From assembly GCA_918797485.1 (NCBI GenBank), contig CAKKNE010000004.1, positions 558,001 to 622,000 on the forward strand: a stretch of DNA of 64,000 bases. The letters are read 5' to 3'. The number at the start of each line of letters is the position of its first letter. The stretch's first letter is position 1. The translations under genes were made by a program, and so were the position numbers. This document shows, one piece after another, positions 32,072-44,054 of this stretch. The stretch is from Pelagomonas calceolata. Lineage: Eukaryota. The notes under the pieces are model-generated. The model did no database searches. It worked only from the letters and a program-made list of their open reading frames with translations, and was not told where the DNA came from.

Positions 32072-33040
32072 ATGTCGGTGAGGAAACCGATCGAAGCGCG
32101 CGCCGCGCCCATTATGGCCGGCGGCGCGACGTATATCGCGCAAGCGAAGGAGGGGCCCGATTTTGGGGCCATCCTCAGTAAAGCGGCATCGAGAGCGTTA
32201 CCTTCTGGTGCCGCCGGCGGCGCCGCCATGGGCCTGAACATCATGTGCCTCATGTGGATGAGAACCACTGTGAATTACCAATATAGATATGGTACCGGTA
32301 CTATTACCGCTATAAAAACTCTATATGAGGACGGGGGACGAGGTTTCAAGGGCATCACCCGATTCTACCGCGGATTAGTACCGGCGCTCTTCCAGGGCCC
32401 GCTGTCGCGTTTTGGTGATACAGCGGCCAATACGGGAACTCTAGTCATCCTCAACGAGTACGAAAGCACGAAGGGCCTCGCGCCCTGGATGAAGACCGCG
32501 TTTTGTTCTCTCTCAGCAGCTGGGTGGCGCCTCTTCCTCATGCCCATCGACACGCTCAAGACGACGCTGCAGACGGACGGCGCGAAAGGTATTGAACTAC
32601 TGAAGACGAAGCTCGCGACGGGCGGGTTCCGGACCTTCTACAACGGCGGCCTGGGCGCGGTCATGGCGAACATCGTGGGCTACTACCCGTGGTTTGCTAC
32701 TTATAATACTCTAGAGGAGTACCTCCCGAAGAAGGATTCCGAGGGCAACGACTTCACGGGCGTCCAGCAGCTGGGCCGACGGGCGCTCATGGGCTTCGGC
32801 GCCTCCGCCGTCTCCGACGTGTCGTCCAACTCCATCCGCGTCCTCAAGGTCTACAAGCAGACGAACGCGAACACCAAGCTTACTTATATCGAATGCGCCA
32901 GGGAGATCGTCGCCAAGGACGGCGTCGTAGGTTTATTTGGGCGCGGGTTGACGACCAAGTTGATTTCCAATGGTATTCAAGGAGCGATGTTCAGTGTTCT
33001 ATGGAAGACGATCGAGCCGATGCTCTTCCCCAAGGAGTAG
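32072..33040 (+). CDS. Mitochondrial carrier family (SLC25) protein
   Basis: PIDTLKT..Q and degenerate carrier motifs; FYRGLVPAL, FYNGG, LFGRGL. Start is 32072 or 32114. Confidence 0.9.
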   Translation: MSVRKPIEARAAPIMAGGATYIAQAKEGPDFGAILSKAASRALPSGAAGGAAMGLNIMCLMWMRTTVNYQYRYGTGTITAIKTLYEDGGRGFKGITRFYRGLVPALFQGPLSRFGDTAANTGTLVILNEYESTKGLAPWMKTAFCSLSAAGWRLFLMPIDTLKTTLQTDGAKGIELLKTKLATGGFRTFYNGGLGAVMANIVGYYPWFATYNTLEEYLPKKDSEGNDFTGVQQLGRRALMGFGASAVSDVSSNSIRVLKVYKQTNANTKLTYIECAREIVAKDGVVGLFGRGLTTKLISNGIQGAMFSVLWKTIEPMLFPKE

Positions 33041-33342
33041 GGGGGTTCCTGTGGCTAACTGAGAAGTTGTTTCTAGTCGCATTGACGGCGTTTCGGGGGG
33101 CTGCTCGGCCGCTCGCGCGAAGCTGTGCGAGACTAGTGTGTTAGTCACGCTAGGTTCACCTTCGAGCCGGACGCTGCTGTTAGCAAGCCAGGCCGTCCAT
33201 AGCGTGAGTTACACAGCGCACTGACAAGCAGTCATCAGCACAGCTTGCGTACAGCAGTCGTTCGGCAACGCGCGAGCACTGCGGCAAAAGTCACCACCAG
33301 CGCTGCCACGCCGCACGCCAGCGAGGAACACCCACGAGCGCC

Positions 33343-33663
33343 ATGGCGACGCTCGCCCGTGCGCTCCGCACGCCAGCGCGGCACTTCTCTCGCTCGATAA
33401 AGGCGCCGCAGCTCGAGCCGATCTCACTGCGCGAGTACCGAATAGCGTCCAAACTAAAACGCCGCTTCCAGCCGCCGGCCCACCGCGAGTTCATGGAGCT
33501 CATGAACGCCATGCAATTGCACGACTTCGACACGGAGCACCCGGCGGTGATCGCCGCGCGGCAAAACGTCGAACGAGCAAAGGCCGAGGCGGAGTCGTCG
33601 CGCAAGGGCCAGAAGGCGTCGACGAACTACCACCTCAGTCGTCATTTAAGAAGGAGACGGTAA
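33343..33663 (+). CDS. Small mitochondrial protein, mS37/MRP10-like
   Basis: Arg-rich presequence-like N-terminus. C-terminal STNYHLSR resembles the mS37 'INYH' motif. Contains no Cys. Confidence 0.55.
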   Translation: MATLARALRTPARHFSRSIKAPQLEPISLREYRIASKLKRRFQPPAHREFMELMNAMQLHDFDTEHPAVIAARQNVERAKAEAESSRKGQKASTNYHLSRHLRRRR

Positions 33664-33671
33664 AATTCAGG

Positions 33672-36600
33672 TTAACATACCTCCGTAGACAACCCGAGCG
33701 CCTCCAAGACCCCGGCCGTGTCCACGGCGTCCACCGAGCACTCATCCGACAATACCACGGGCCGCCGCGACTGGACGGGAGCGTCATCTCTAGAACCAAG
33801 AGCCATCCCCAAATTCCGCTCGTGCTCGACGCGCTCGTCCACCACCGCCACGATGGACTCCCGTATTTTCTGATAATCGGTAGCCTCGAGGGCAGACGTG
33901 ATCGTCGCGGCGAAGGCGCTCTCGGCGTTCGCGTGGCGCGGCGACCTCGCCACGGGCGTGGTCGATCCATCCAACGACGCTACCAACTGGTCGACTTCTG
34001 ATGGTGCCAGATCTAACAATGATGCTGCTACTAAACCAGCAGTAGGCGTCGAAGATGTCGAGGCCAATTGCGCGGCTCGGTCCCGCGCGCGATCCAGGCC
34101 TCGCGCCAACCGGACCCCGACGTCCTTGATCGCATTGCCCAGCGCGTCCGCGCGCCTTGCGGTTCGTAACCTAGCAGCCCTTGCTTGGTCGTAATCTGCT
34201 GATTTCCTTCCTAACATGGCCTTGCACTCGTCCAGTTTCCGAGTTAACACGGTCTTCTCCCGCTCGAAGGCGTCCTGGGCCACCGTCAGCTTCCGGTGGG
34301 CCGCCCTTTCTCTCACCACAGCTTCTCCCCGCCGGTGCTCGGCCTTCTCCTCGCGCGCGATGATCGTCGACATCTTCTCCTCGAGGATGCGCTTCTCGTG
34401 GGCCATCTCGTCCTTCTGTTGCCGGATGTCCCGCAGCCGTCGGCGCGCCGCCTCGTCCGTGCGCTTCCGCTGCGCGTCCTCTTCCGCCCGCAATCGATCC
34501 TTCTCGACGACTTCCCGGCGCGGCGACTTCGACTGCGAGGCCGTCTGCAAGGCGCCGACCCGCAGCTTCAGCGTCGCCGTTCTACTCTTCGCTTCCAGCA
34601 GTTCCGCGTGCTGCTTGTCGTACCTTTTTTGTAATTCGTCCTTCTCCCTCCGGAAGTCCTGGAAGACCTTGCGTTGCCTCTTGGCATCGCTTCGGACGTC
34701 GTTCAGATCCTTGCGGGATTGCGTCCTCAGAGCCTCCTCCCTTTTTAGTGCATCGGTTGTGCGCTGCTTTTCGACAACGAGATCTCGTTCAGCATCCGAC
34801 GCGCGCTTCTCCGCGAGTGAGGCCTTTTGTTGCGCACTTTCGACGGCCAACCGACATCTATCTTCGGCAGCTTTCGCGCGTTGCGAAGCAGCATCGGCGC
34901 GCTTCCGAGCTTCTTCCGCCAGCACGCCAGCCCCCTCCAACCTCCCCAGGTTCTTCTCGGCCTCGGCGAGCTTCTGTCGAGCGGCCTGCGCGTCTTCACA
35001 AGCAAGTTCTGCTCGTTTGTCGGCATCTTCCGCGCGGGCTTCCAGTCTAGCGGCCTCGGCGAGGACCTCGAGGTTCTTCGCCGACTTCAACGAGCGTAAA
35101 TCCTCCTTCAGTCGTGCCTGCGCGGGACGACGCCGTCACGAAACTTGTCGAGAACAGAGGAACGCGTCGCGTCGATGGCGTGGAGGCTCGACGGCGCCCT
35201 CAGACACAGTCGATGCGATCTTGAAGTTCAGAAAACCTCAGAAACAGACGCTGAGTCAGCACGACCTCGACCTCCATATCTGCACGAGAAGAGGCCTCGC
35301 GGCCCGCGCGGCGCTCCGCACTAGCTCTCGCGGTAGATTCATCATTTAGACGTTGTTGCGTATCGGCGAGGGCGGCCTCGAGCTCCGTCGCGCGCTTTTC
35401 GAGCGTTTGGAGCGCCTCCGACGGTTTATCACTGGTAGCCATGTTCTGGATCCGGTCCATGCGCGCGAGGACCGCTTGCGCGAGCGCCTTCGCGTCGTCG
35501 TCGGTCGCCGTGACGCGGTGGACGGCGCGAGCTTCCGCTTGGGCGGCCCTTGCTCGCAAGTCCAAGGAGCTTCTGGTAGCGTCCGCTTGGGCCGCCTCGG
35601 CCGCGGCGCATCGGGCTTCCAGGGCGCTCTTCTCGAGGCGCAAGGCGGATAACGCACCTCTCACTTCTCTAACGTCATTCTCGGCGCGCTTCTGGGCGTC
35701 TCTCGCCTGAGACGCCTCGTCGGCGAGCTGCATCGCTTCCCGTCGTAGTGAGGACACTTCTGGGTCCTTCGGGGTCTTGACGTGGAAGTCCTCCTCCTCT
35801 TCCTCGACGCCTCTTCGCGCCAGGCGATACTGTAGCGAGTCCGCCCGTCTCTCAGACGTCTCCAGTCTCGCTTCCAGGCGTGCTAAGCCAGCTCTCGACT
35901 CTAACAAAGCCGCCTTGGCGTCCCGCTCTGATGAACACGCGGAGAGAACGTCGTCGACGTAGGACCGCCAGCGCGGCGATGAACGTAATCCAGCACCGGA
36001 GCGACTGGCCGCCTGGACCGCCACGGAGGCGAGCTCGGCAGCTGCGGCGCGATCGGCCTGCGCCCTCGTCGCGGCCGTTTCGCGCTCCAGCGCCTCGACG
36101 GCGTCCGCTTTTTGTGATGTCATCTCGACTAAACGCGCCTCTAGTATGTGAGAGCGCTCTTTTTCGGCCGTGACCCGTCGCTCGGCCTCCTCTAAAGCTC
36201 GCGCCGTCGCACCTAACGTAGTATCCTCCTTCTCCGGTAAACGATCAGCTAATGCTGAACGATCAATGCCGTGCAGTGATAAAGCCTCCTGGAGGGCCTC
36301 GGACGCATCTGAAGCGCGCGCGTCGGCTAGATCTCTAGCCCTTTCCGCGACGGTCGCGCGACACCGCGCCGCGGCTAAAGCTTTGTTCGACGTGGCTTGC
36401 TGTTCAGCAAACAAGGAGTCCTTCGCGGCCTGCGCGGCTAACGACGCGGCGAGCGCTCGCCTTGTAAGGTCCTCATTTGCATCCTTCGTACCGTCCTGGT
36501 GCGAACAGCGACACCTTGCTCTTAACCGCTCGAGCCGATGTCTTTCGCCCGCCTCCTCGTGCAATCTTTGTGATAATGCGCAGCACCTTGACCGAACGTC

Positions 36601-37686
36601 CTCGTCGGACCCCTTCATCGCGTCCAGAGACGTCCGACAGAGATCCAACTGCTCGTGGGCCTCCGTTAGTTGCGACGCGAGCTCGGCCACCGTACCTTCA
36701 TCCGTTTCCCTGGTGAAGGTCGTCACTGGAGGCAGAGCCGGCGTCGCCGGCGGTTCTTGCGCCTTCAGAGCCGTCCGCAAATCGTCCGCATCTCTGAGAG
36801 CCGCGTCGCGATCGGCCTCGGCGAGCGACAACCTCCTTCGTAAATCGCGCGCGTCCAGGGCCCGCGCCAATTCGGCCGCGCCGTCGCGCCTCGCCGCCTG
36901 TTGTAACTCTGAAGCCTTTCGCATGTCCGTCTGCGCCCGCTCCTGCAATGCTCGAGCTTTTTCAATCGCCTCCGCGGCGTTCGCCTCCCTTTCATTGATG
37001 GAGGCGTCGCTCCGCTCCAAGGAAGCGAGGCGCTTCGTGAGCTTCTCGTTGTTGGCTTTTGCGGTTCTCAAAGCCGCTTCGGCCTGGTCCGCGCGTTCCA
37101 ACTCGGCCTTGGTCGCGTCGGAATTGTGTTGGGACGCCTTGAGGCGCGTCTGGGCCTGCGCTAAATCTTGTTTCGACTGCGTGAGCTGCGCGCGGAGCTC
37201 CTTTTCTGTTTTTGATAAGTCGTCCAGGGCCTTCGCGGTAGAGGCCAAAGCCGCCTTGTCCGTCGCGGCCGTCCCCCGCAATCGCTTCAGTTCGTCGACG
37301 GCAGCATTACTAGCTACGACGGCCGCCTGGCGCGCCGCGTCGTTCGCGTTCGAGACGGACAGTTCGGTCTTGAGCCGCGCGAGCTCGGCCGCGGACTCGC
37401 TGCGCGCTCTTTGTAAGATCTCGGCTTCTTTGGCTTTCGCGTCGGCGTCTCGCCGCAGGCGTTCGGCCTCTTGGGACGCGGCTTGTGACGCGTCGGTGCC
37501 CGGCGACACGGGCGTCGCCGTCGATTCTCGCAACGTGGCGAGCTCGGCATCTTTTGATTCCAGTAATTTGAGGGCCTGGGCGGACTGGGCCTCGTAGTGC
37601 TCGCGCTGCTCCGCCAGTTGGGTCCGCAACGAGTCTACGGTCTCGGCCGCTGCCGGAGGCGGCGCGCTGCTCTTCTTGCGCGGCAT
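33672..37686 (-). CDS. Large (~1290 aa) coiled-coil protein; 2 exons
   Basis: ORFs 35200..37764 and 33672..35090 join in phase 0 via GT-AG intron 35118-35265 (donor alternatively 35271). Likely start MPRKK at 37686. Confidence 0.8.
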
Positions 37687-37800
37687 GGCGGCTCGACTAT
37701 GTGAGATGATCACTTCTGTGCTCTGCAGCAATCCATGAGTCTGTCTGTGCCGAGCTGAGGGCAAAAACAGAGCCCAAAACTTAAAACTCGAGTATAATCA

Positions 37801-37824
37801 GCTAGCGGCATGTAAGACACTAGC
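37801..37824 (-). promoter_or_regulatory. Recurrent GCTAG...CTAGC element
   Basis: gctagcggcatgtaagacactagc, 115 bp upstream of the minus-strand ATG at 37686, in a tandem intergenic gap. Confidence 0.6.
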
Positions 37825-37888
37825 AATCAGAACGCATCGCTCAATCGACAAACCTTACGCCCGACGATAGAAATCAACAGCACAACCC

Positions 37889-40044
37889 CTAGACCGCCAC
37901 CGTCGCGCACATGCGCGACAGGTCCTGGGCCTCGGCCCGCTCGAGCCCGATGGCGACGAAGTCGTCGACGGACAGATATCTCAAATCCTCGACGGACTCG
38001 ATCTCCTCCCGTCTAAATAAAGGCAGGTGCCTTGATAAACCCGCCGCCGCGAGCACGGAAGAGATGTCCGTCGCCGGCCGCCGCGTCTCCCGGAGCGACG
38101 CCGCCAGCGCCCGCGCCAGATCGTCGTCCTGGTGCACCGGTTGCTGGGAGGCCTCCCGCGCGGATAAAGCCAGGACGGCCCGCAATTCCGCGTCGTCGTC
38201 CATCGCGGGTGGTGCGGGAGGCCGCTCGCGCGCACTCAAAGCCAACGCCGCTCGCAATTCAGCATCTTCATCCACAGGCGGCGGCTGGGCAGCAGATGCC
38301 GCCAGCGCCGCGCGCAAGTCCGCGTCGTCGTCCTCGAGCTCCGCGGGCCGGTCCCATGTCGTCAAACCACGACCCGCATGTTCGTAGTACGTTCTTCCGG
38401 AAGACGGGTCTTGCAACGCGACCCAGCCCGTGGAGGATGGCGGCGGCTGGCTGGCGAGCGCTCTTGCTGATGCCGTCGGCGACACGGTTGAGGGCTGCTG
38501 GGCCGCGGCGAGGAGGCGGCTCGCCTCGGGCGTCGTTTGTTGGGCGGCGGCGCCGTCGGCGCGCGCTGCGGCGCGGGCGCGGGCGCGGGCGCCGACGGAG
38601 ACGCGGCCGGCGCCGGCGTCGGCCGCGGGCGCGGCAGCGGCGAATGCGCCGTTTGTGGGACCGCCAAAGGCGCCTCCGCGGAAGCCGCCGTCCGCCGGCG
38701 CGGCGAAGGCGCTGAAGGCTCCCGTTCCGCTATCACTGCTAAAGGCGCCGCCGTAGAGGCCGCCGCCGAGGCCGGGCGACGCCGCGCGGGCACTACTGCC
38801 CCCGAAGCCGTTCGTTCCGCCGCTGCCGAAGGCGCCGCCGCCGTACGCCGACGGCCCCATCAGATCGTTTGACGGCTGGCTCTCCGCTCGAGACGCGGCC
38901 AGAGCCCGCTCCAGCTCGTCATCTTCCGCCTCTTGCCTTCTTTGATCCGCCTCCCGCGACTCCCTCAATGCCCTTTGGTAGGCATCCTCTCCGGTGTGGC
39001 CCTCTGGTCTACGTCCTCGACATCTTCTGGATGCACAAGCGTCCCGTCTACGGATATTCGGCCGGCCACAAAGAGAACAGCGCCAGTCGCCCGGCAACAG
39101 CGGTTCGGTCCTAGGATCATAACCGCTCTCCTGGGCCCGTCTACTTTCGGGCAGCTCCGGTGCAGGTTTACCATCAAGAGTCGGCCACGACGCCTCCGGT
39201 GTTTTAGGTGGCGCAAACGCTCCTGTCGACACCGTGACGGCAGGCGCCTGCTGCTGCTGTTTAGCTTGCCACTTCCTCTTGAAGGCCTGGAAGCCGCCCG
39301 CGGCGAAAGGTTTACTTGGGTCGGGCGTCGGCACGCGCGGCGCCAATTTACGGGGCGGGGGCAGCTGGATCGCCACCGGTTGCGGTTCCGTTTTGGTCTC
39401 CTCCTTCGGTGGCGAGGCCGGCGCGGCCGGCGCGGCGTCGTCGGCGTTGCCTGCGCGGAAGGCGACCGGTGATACGCCGTCGACGCGACGGCGGCGTCCT
39501 TACACGTTGCGGACGCGGAAGCCGCACCGCCCTTCACATAACCAGCACAAGCCCCCAAGTCGACGTCCGGCAGGGGCCCCGACGGCGCCCGAGGTCTAGG
39601 AGATTGCGACTTCTTCCGCTGCACCACAGTAGTACTAGTACCAACTAACTCCCTTTCTCTCAACCCTCGCTTGTAGCACTCGTAGCCCAGCAGCTTCCAC
39701 TCGTCCGCGATCTTCCGCCCACCTTTATTACATTCACATCTATCCCTATAGGTGATACCGCGGTAGAAACCTAATCGATGCGTCCTCTTGCACTTCTGGC
39801 ACTTACTGCCGTCGTCGGGCGGGACTTCCCAACTTCTCATCTGGGGCGACAGGTCCCACCACAATCCGGTAAACGCTTTCAGTTTTTGTGGATCATCAGA
39901 GGCGCCTATTCTCCTGGCCCAGGCTTCGCCGTGCTTGCATAATTGTTGTCTTTCTCGGAGGGCGGTCTCCAAAGCTTCGCTGGGCACCACTTCAATGTTC
40001 TGGAAGCCGACGGCTGCTGCGCTTCTTCGGCGCTGCTTGACCAT
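37889..40044 (-). CDS. Multidomain protein: RanBP2-type Zn finger, UIMs, WW and SAM; 2 exons
   Basis: GDWRCSLCGRPNIRRRDAC; repeated DxELRAALALS (UIM); GWVALQDPSSGRTYYEH...TTWDRP (WW); C-terminal SAM. Intron 39451-39527 joins the two ORFs. Confidence 0.85.
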
Positions 40045-40417
40045 GGCTGCTCGTCGTCCCGCGCGATCTGTGCGTGCGCTGCGGCTGCAGAGTGGCTGGC
40101 GCCTTGGTGACCCTGGTGTCTAGATATCGAGCGCGCACGCCTCGCAGGGCTTTAGCGCGTTTTCGTGTGAACAGCGCAGTGTCTTGCGACGCCTCCGCTC
40201 GACCGATGGCGCGTCGCGCGCGTGAGAGGAGGCACAGAGCGCCGCGCGGCAGACTAGACTTGGCAAGGAGTGGTCGGGTTTTTCCAGCCTAGTCCGAGAC
40301 CCCGTCCGAGCACCCCACAGGCGACGCCACGACGTCTCCGACGCGCCTCGTTCAAACGCTAGAATGATGCTCTGCCTTGATGGAGGCGCTGAGCACTTGC
40401 TTGTGAACGCGCCTCCT

Positions 40418-41443
40418 ATGAGGGACGCCGCCGCGCGTGACCGGACCCGCCGCAGTCCTTACGACCTCCAGAGACCCACGGGGCTGCCCACCAAGGAGAT
40501 GAGGCCGCCGCCCCCCTCGCGGCCGCCGCCGCGCTGCCCGACCGAGTGCCGCGGCCGCTTCAACGAGCTCGACCGCCTGACGCCGCCCAGACTTGGTCGC
40601 AGTTCCCTCTCGGTCCTGCCGGCGACGCCTCGAAAGTTATTTGAAGAGGAAGCGCCTCCCGTCGTCGTGTCGAACACGCTGCCGCGAGATACGATGCTGC
40701 TCTGTCTGTCCTTCCTAGATGTCACGGCACACACCACTTTGTCTACCGTAAGCAGGGACTGGCTATCCCTCTCATCGGAAGATGCTTTGTGGCGAGACCA
40801 CTACCTGAACAGGTTCTCCGGAGGTTCGGACGAAGGCGACGGCGAAACCAGTGCAGACGAGTACGAGGACTACAAGCAGGAGTATAAACAGAGGCTGGAG
40901 GACCCGCACGTCGGCGACGACGTCGAGGTGGCCTGGAGGGGTAAATTCAGGCTGGAGAGCTTGGAGATTTACCGAGGCACGGCCTGGTGGGTCGCCGTCG
41001 TCGTCGACAAGGTCGCGTTGGATGCTGCTTCCGGCAGTCCTGGTAGAGGCCGAAAAATACATGCGGCGAAGGCCTGGTACAAGGTCACGTTCCCGGGGTG
41101 GGAGGGGCGCTGGGACGAGTGGGTCTCGCGCGACCGGTTGCGGTGGCGGGCCAAGAATACGCAAGAGGCGGATGCGTTGAAGCCTAGGGACTTCGTCGAG
41201 GTCTGGTGCGGGTCGCAGAACGTGCCGGGCGCCTGGCTGGAAGCTTCCGTGCAGAAAATTCGCGGCGACGCCGTCGAGGTGGGCCGCGTCCTGTCGACGG
41301 GGTCGTTGTGGGTGGACCGCAGTCGCGTCCGGCGGGCCCGTTCTTCCTCATCTCGAAAGGTGAAGCCCGTCGGTCTGCTCGCGCGGGGCTGGCGGGTCGT
41401 GACCTACCCCTTCCGCGCTTTTCGGAGGCGCGTGGGGGCGTAA
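40418..41443 (+). CDS. F-box protein with Tudor/Agenet/chromo-barrel-like domains
   Basis: LPRDTMLLCLSFLD...LSTVSRDW...DALWR (F-box); VGDDVEV...YKVTFPGWEGRWDEWV. Confidence 0.8.
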   Translation: MRDAAARDRTRRSPYDLQRPTGLPTKEMRPPPPSRPPPRCPTECRGRFNELDRLTPPRLGRSSLSVLPATPRKLFEEEAPPVVVSNTLPRDTMLLCLSFLDVTAHTTLSTVSRDWLSLSSEDALWRDHYLNRFSGGSDEGDGETSADEYEDYKQEYKQRLEDPHVGDDVEVAWRGKFRLESLEIYRGTAWWVAVVVDKVALDAASGSPGRGRKIHAAKAWYKVTFPGWEGRWDEWVSRDRLRWRAKNTQEADALKPRDFVEVWCGSQNVPGAWLEASVQKIRGDAVEVGRVLSTGSLWVDRSRVRRARSSSSRKVKPVGLLARGWRVVTYPFRAFRRRVGA

Positions 41444-41515
41444 TGAACATACTGCTTGCTCCTTTCTCTGCGGTCCTGTGGCCTTGCGGGACCGTCTACG
41501 GAGATCTGCGGAAAT

Positions 41516-41539
41516 GCTAGTGTCTTATAGGCCGCTAGC
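41516..41539 (+). promoter_or_regulatory. Recurrent GCTAG...CTAGC element
   Basis: gctagtgtcttataggccgctagc, about 180 bp upstream of the plus-strand ATG at 41720. Confidence 0.6.
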
Positions 41540-41719
41540 CCGCATCGGCTTCGGGTCGCAGGCCTATTACAGCGCGTCGGCTCATAGTCAGGAGCTCTCA
41601 CGCCTACAATTTATCAACCAGATCGCTGCGAAACGCTGCATCTGGGCAGCACGCTGCTCACCCATCGCTGCGGCGACATTTCACCTGCTCTGCATAAATA
41701 TTAAAAGCAGCATAATAAG

Positions 41720-42700
41720 ATGGCAGAGGGATCGATAGCCCATCATCCTTCATACGAACCGGGCCAACCGGCATTCGAGCCGGCTCAGGCGCAGCTTCTG
41801 GCTACGTTCCAGGCTGCTCAGCTCGCGATGACGACGGGCTGGCCAGCGATAGCGCAAGCCGCTCACGCCCTCGACCTGGACGTATTGCGCCGCGAGCTCG
41901 CGGCGGGCGTCGCTGTCGATCTTTTGAGTATGCCTGGTGGTCAGACGCCTTTACAGCTTAACTGTCACGTCACGAACGAAACAGTCGTCTACCGGCGCGG
42001 GGGCACGGACGAAGCCTTTCTTGCCTGGGCCGCTCAACCAGCTGAACGTCGGAGAGTAATCGACGACGGCATCGATGCAGACCGGCTCGCCTGCGTCGAG
42101 CTGCTGCTGGCGCACGGCGCATCACCAAGACCCGGGGGTATCTTTTTTCCACCGCTCATAGACGCAGTTGCACAAGGTAGTCTGGCTCTTGTCAATGTGC
42201 TTCTAGATGCCGGCAGTGACGTCTCCGTGCTTAGCACCCCCCCTCCATTAGAATTTGCCTGTTCGCCGTTGAGCATGGCGGTGATTTCACATTATCATGC
42301 TCTTCGAAATGGGCGTCCGATGGGATATGATCATATCGCCATTGCAGACGCTCTTCTTAAGGCGGGCGCGGATGCGAACCCCCCCGAAATAAAAGAAAGA
42401 TCACTGATGAAGTGGGCAATCGGTGGTGGCCACCGCCGCCTCTGGCCTGTCCTGCTGCGAGGCGGCGCGATTCTCCCACCTCCCGGTGAGAACCCATTCA
42501 ACTGGCCCGGGGCAAGTTACAATACTGAACGCGCGGACCCCTACCTGCAAAAGATCGACGCCGCGGGCAGCTGGGCGGCCCACGAGAAAGCGCACCGCGC
42601 GGCGCTCCAGGCGATCTTCGCGCCGAAGTTCACGCACCTCGTCCCGCCGGAGCTCGTGGCGCGCATCGTCGAGTACTCGTTCCACCTCGGCTTCTACTAA
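41720..42700 (+). CDS. Ankyrin-repeat protein
   Basis: GQTPL, VELLLAHGA, VNVLLDAGSD, ADALLKAGADAN. Confidence 0.85.
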   Translation: MAEGSIAHHPSYEPGQPAFEPAQAQLLATFQAAQLAMTTGWPAIAQAAHALDLDVLRRELAAGVAVDLLSMPGGQTPLQLNCHVTNETVVYRRGGTDEAFLAWAAQPAERRRVIDDGIDADRLACVELLLAHGASPRPGGIFFPPLIDAVAQGSLALVNVLLDAGSDVSVLSTPPPLEFACSPLSMAVISHYHALRNGRPMGYDHIAIADALLKAGADANPPEIKERSLMKWAIGGGHRRLWPVLLRGGAILPPPGENPFNWPGASYNTERADPYLQKIDAAGSWAAHEKAHRAALQAIFAPKFTHLVPPELVARIVEYSFHLGFY

Positions 42701-42713
42701 GTATGTGTTAGTG

Positions 42714-43826
42714 TTATTTCTTCCTAGGCAGCCCTGTCCCGAGATCAATATTCGACGACCCATCGTTCAAGAAAGACACACAGTTGTCGGCGACCATGTC
42801 GACGACGCGCTGCCGCGACTCGAGGCGCTGCCAGCCGATGTGCGGAGTGAGCATGACGTTTTCCAGCGAGTACAGCGGATGGTTTGACGGCAGCGCGGGC
42901 GGCGGCGCGCTGCCTTCGCCGAAGACGTCCAAGGCGGCACCCGCGATTTGCTTAGATGATAAAGCCTCGACGAGGGCGTCCTGATCTATTATGGAACCGC
43001 GAGCGGTGTTGATGAGGAAGGCCGTGGGCTTCATCTTCGCGAGCTCCACGCGCCCGATCAAACCCTTGGTGTTCGCGTTCAAGGGACAATGGATCGAGAC
43101 GAAGTCCGACGTCTCGAGGAGCTCATCTAGCGAGACTACGGTAACGTCGCCCTGTTGCCCGATCGCGGCCATGCGTGACGACGACGCTACTACCCTCATC
43201 CCTAGCGCCGAAGCGATCGCGGCGACCCGCTTCCCGATCGTCCCTAGACCGCCAACTAGACCAAGAGTCTTGCCATGTAACTCGACATGCGTCAAGGAAC
43301 CGGGATGGCACTGTTCTAGATACTGAAAGTCACCGCACCCAAAGGCCGCCGCCTGCTGCCAGAGGCTACAAGAGCAGGCCATGAGTGCCGTGATCGCCAT
43401 GTGGGCCATGGCCTCAGTGGCGTAAGTGGGCACATTTGATAGACATACGCCTTTCGTGGAACAAGCGTCCAAATCAATATTGTTGTAGCCCGTGCCGGCC
43501 TCGCAGATCAACTTCACACTGTCCGGGAGTGACGCGATGGTCTCCTTTGACAGGGGCATCTCTTTGTTTACGATTATCTGCGCGCCTTCGCATCTCGCAG
43601 CGACGTCCTCTGGTTGGGTCTTGTCGTACCTCTCTATCTCTACGACTTCCTCAAGTTTCGCGAAATCAATACGACCGTCAAAGTCGAGGCGCGCGGCGTT
43701 GAGGAGGACGCAGCGCGGTTTCGTGGCCATGGTCCTCGTCGAGGCGCGTCTTAGGCCGGGTACTAGTCTACGAAGCATGTCGGCGCGGCACGACGCGAGG
43801 AGCAGGACTGCTCGCACGGGGCGCAT
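42714..43826 (-). CDS. D-2-hydroxyacid dehydrogenase (glycerate dehydrogenase-like)
   Basis: GTGYNNID, GLVGGLGTIG, SDFVSIHCPL, LINTARG, AALDV, TPHIGW. Confidence 0.93.
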   Translation of the reverse strand: MRPVRAVLLLASCRADMLRRLVPGLRRASTRTMATKPRCVLLNAARLDFDGRIDFAKLEEVVEIERYDKTQPEDVAARCEGAQIIVNKEMPLSKETIASLPDSVKLICEAGTGYNNIDLDACSTKGVCLSNVPTYATEAMAHMAITALMACSCSLWQQAAAFGCGDFQYLEQCHPGSLTHVELHGKTLGLVGGLGTIGKRVAAIASALGMRVVASSSRMAAIGQQGDVTVVSLDELLETSDFVSIHCPLNANTKGLIGRVELAKMKPTAFLINTARGSIIDQDALVEALSSKQIAGAALDVFGEGSAPPPALPSNHPLYSLENVMLTPHIGWQRLESRQRVVDMVADNCVSFLNDGSSNIDLGTGLPRKK

Positions 43827-44029
43827 GCAAGAGCGTCGTGAACGCAGCGGTGGCGTGCGTTGCGCGTCGAGTGCTAGCTGCAGTGCAGCAGTGTGTGGGC
43901 CGGATGGTGCACCACGCGTCGGCAGGCGTCGGTGGTGGCTGCGAGCTGCTCCAGAGGCACCTACGGCGGCGCTATTTGGTGCAGAATGCAGCTATTAGAA
44001 GCTGCAGCGAGTTGCCGGCTTGAGTCGAC

Positions 44030-44054
44030 GCTAGCGGCATTGTAACACACTAGC
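44030..44054 (-). promoter_or_regulatory. Recurrent GCTAG...CTAGC element
   Basis: gctagcggcattgtaacacactagc in a divergent intergenic gap, oriented with the gene starting at 43826. Confidence 0.5.

Noticed and set aside
35111..35266. Target-site duplication or TIRs around the coiled-coil gene intron
   Set aside because: There is only a 7-bp inverted match (gtcgtgc/gcacgac) straddling the exon boundary and no 8-bp direct repeat, so it was not called an intact element.
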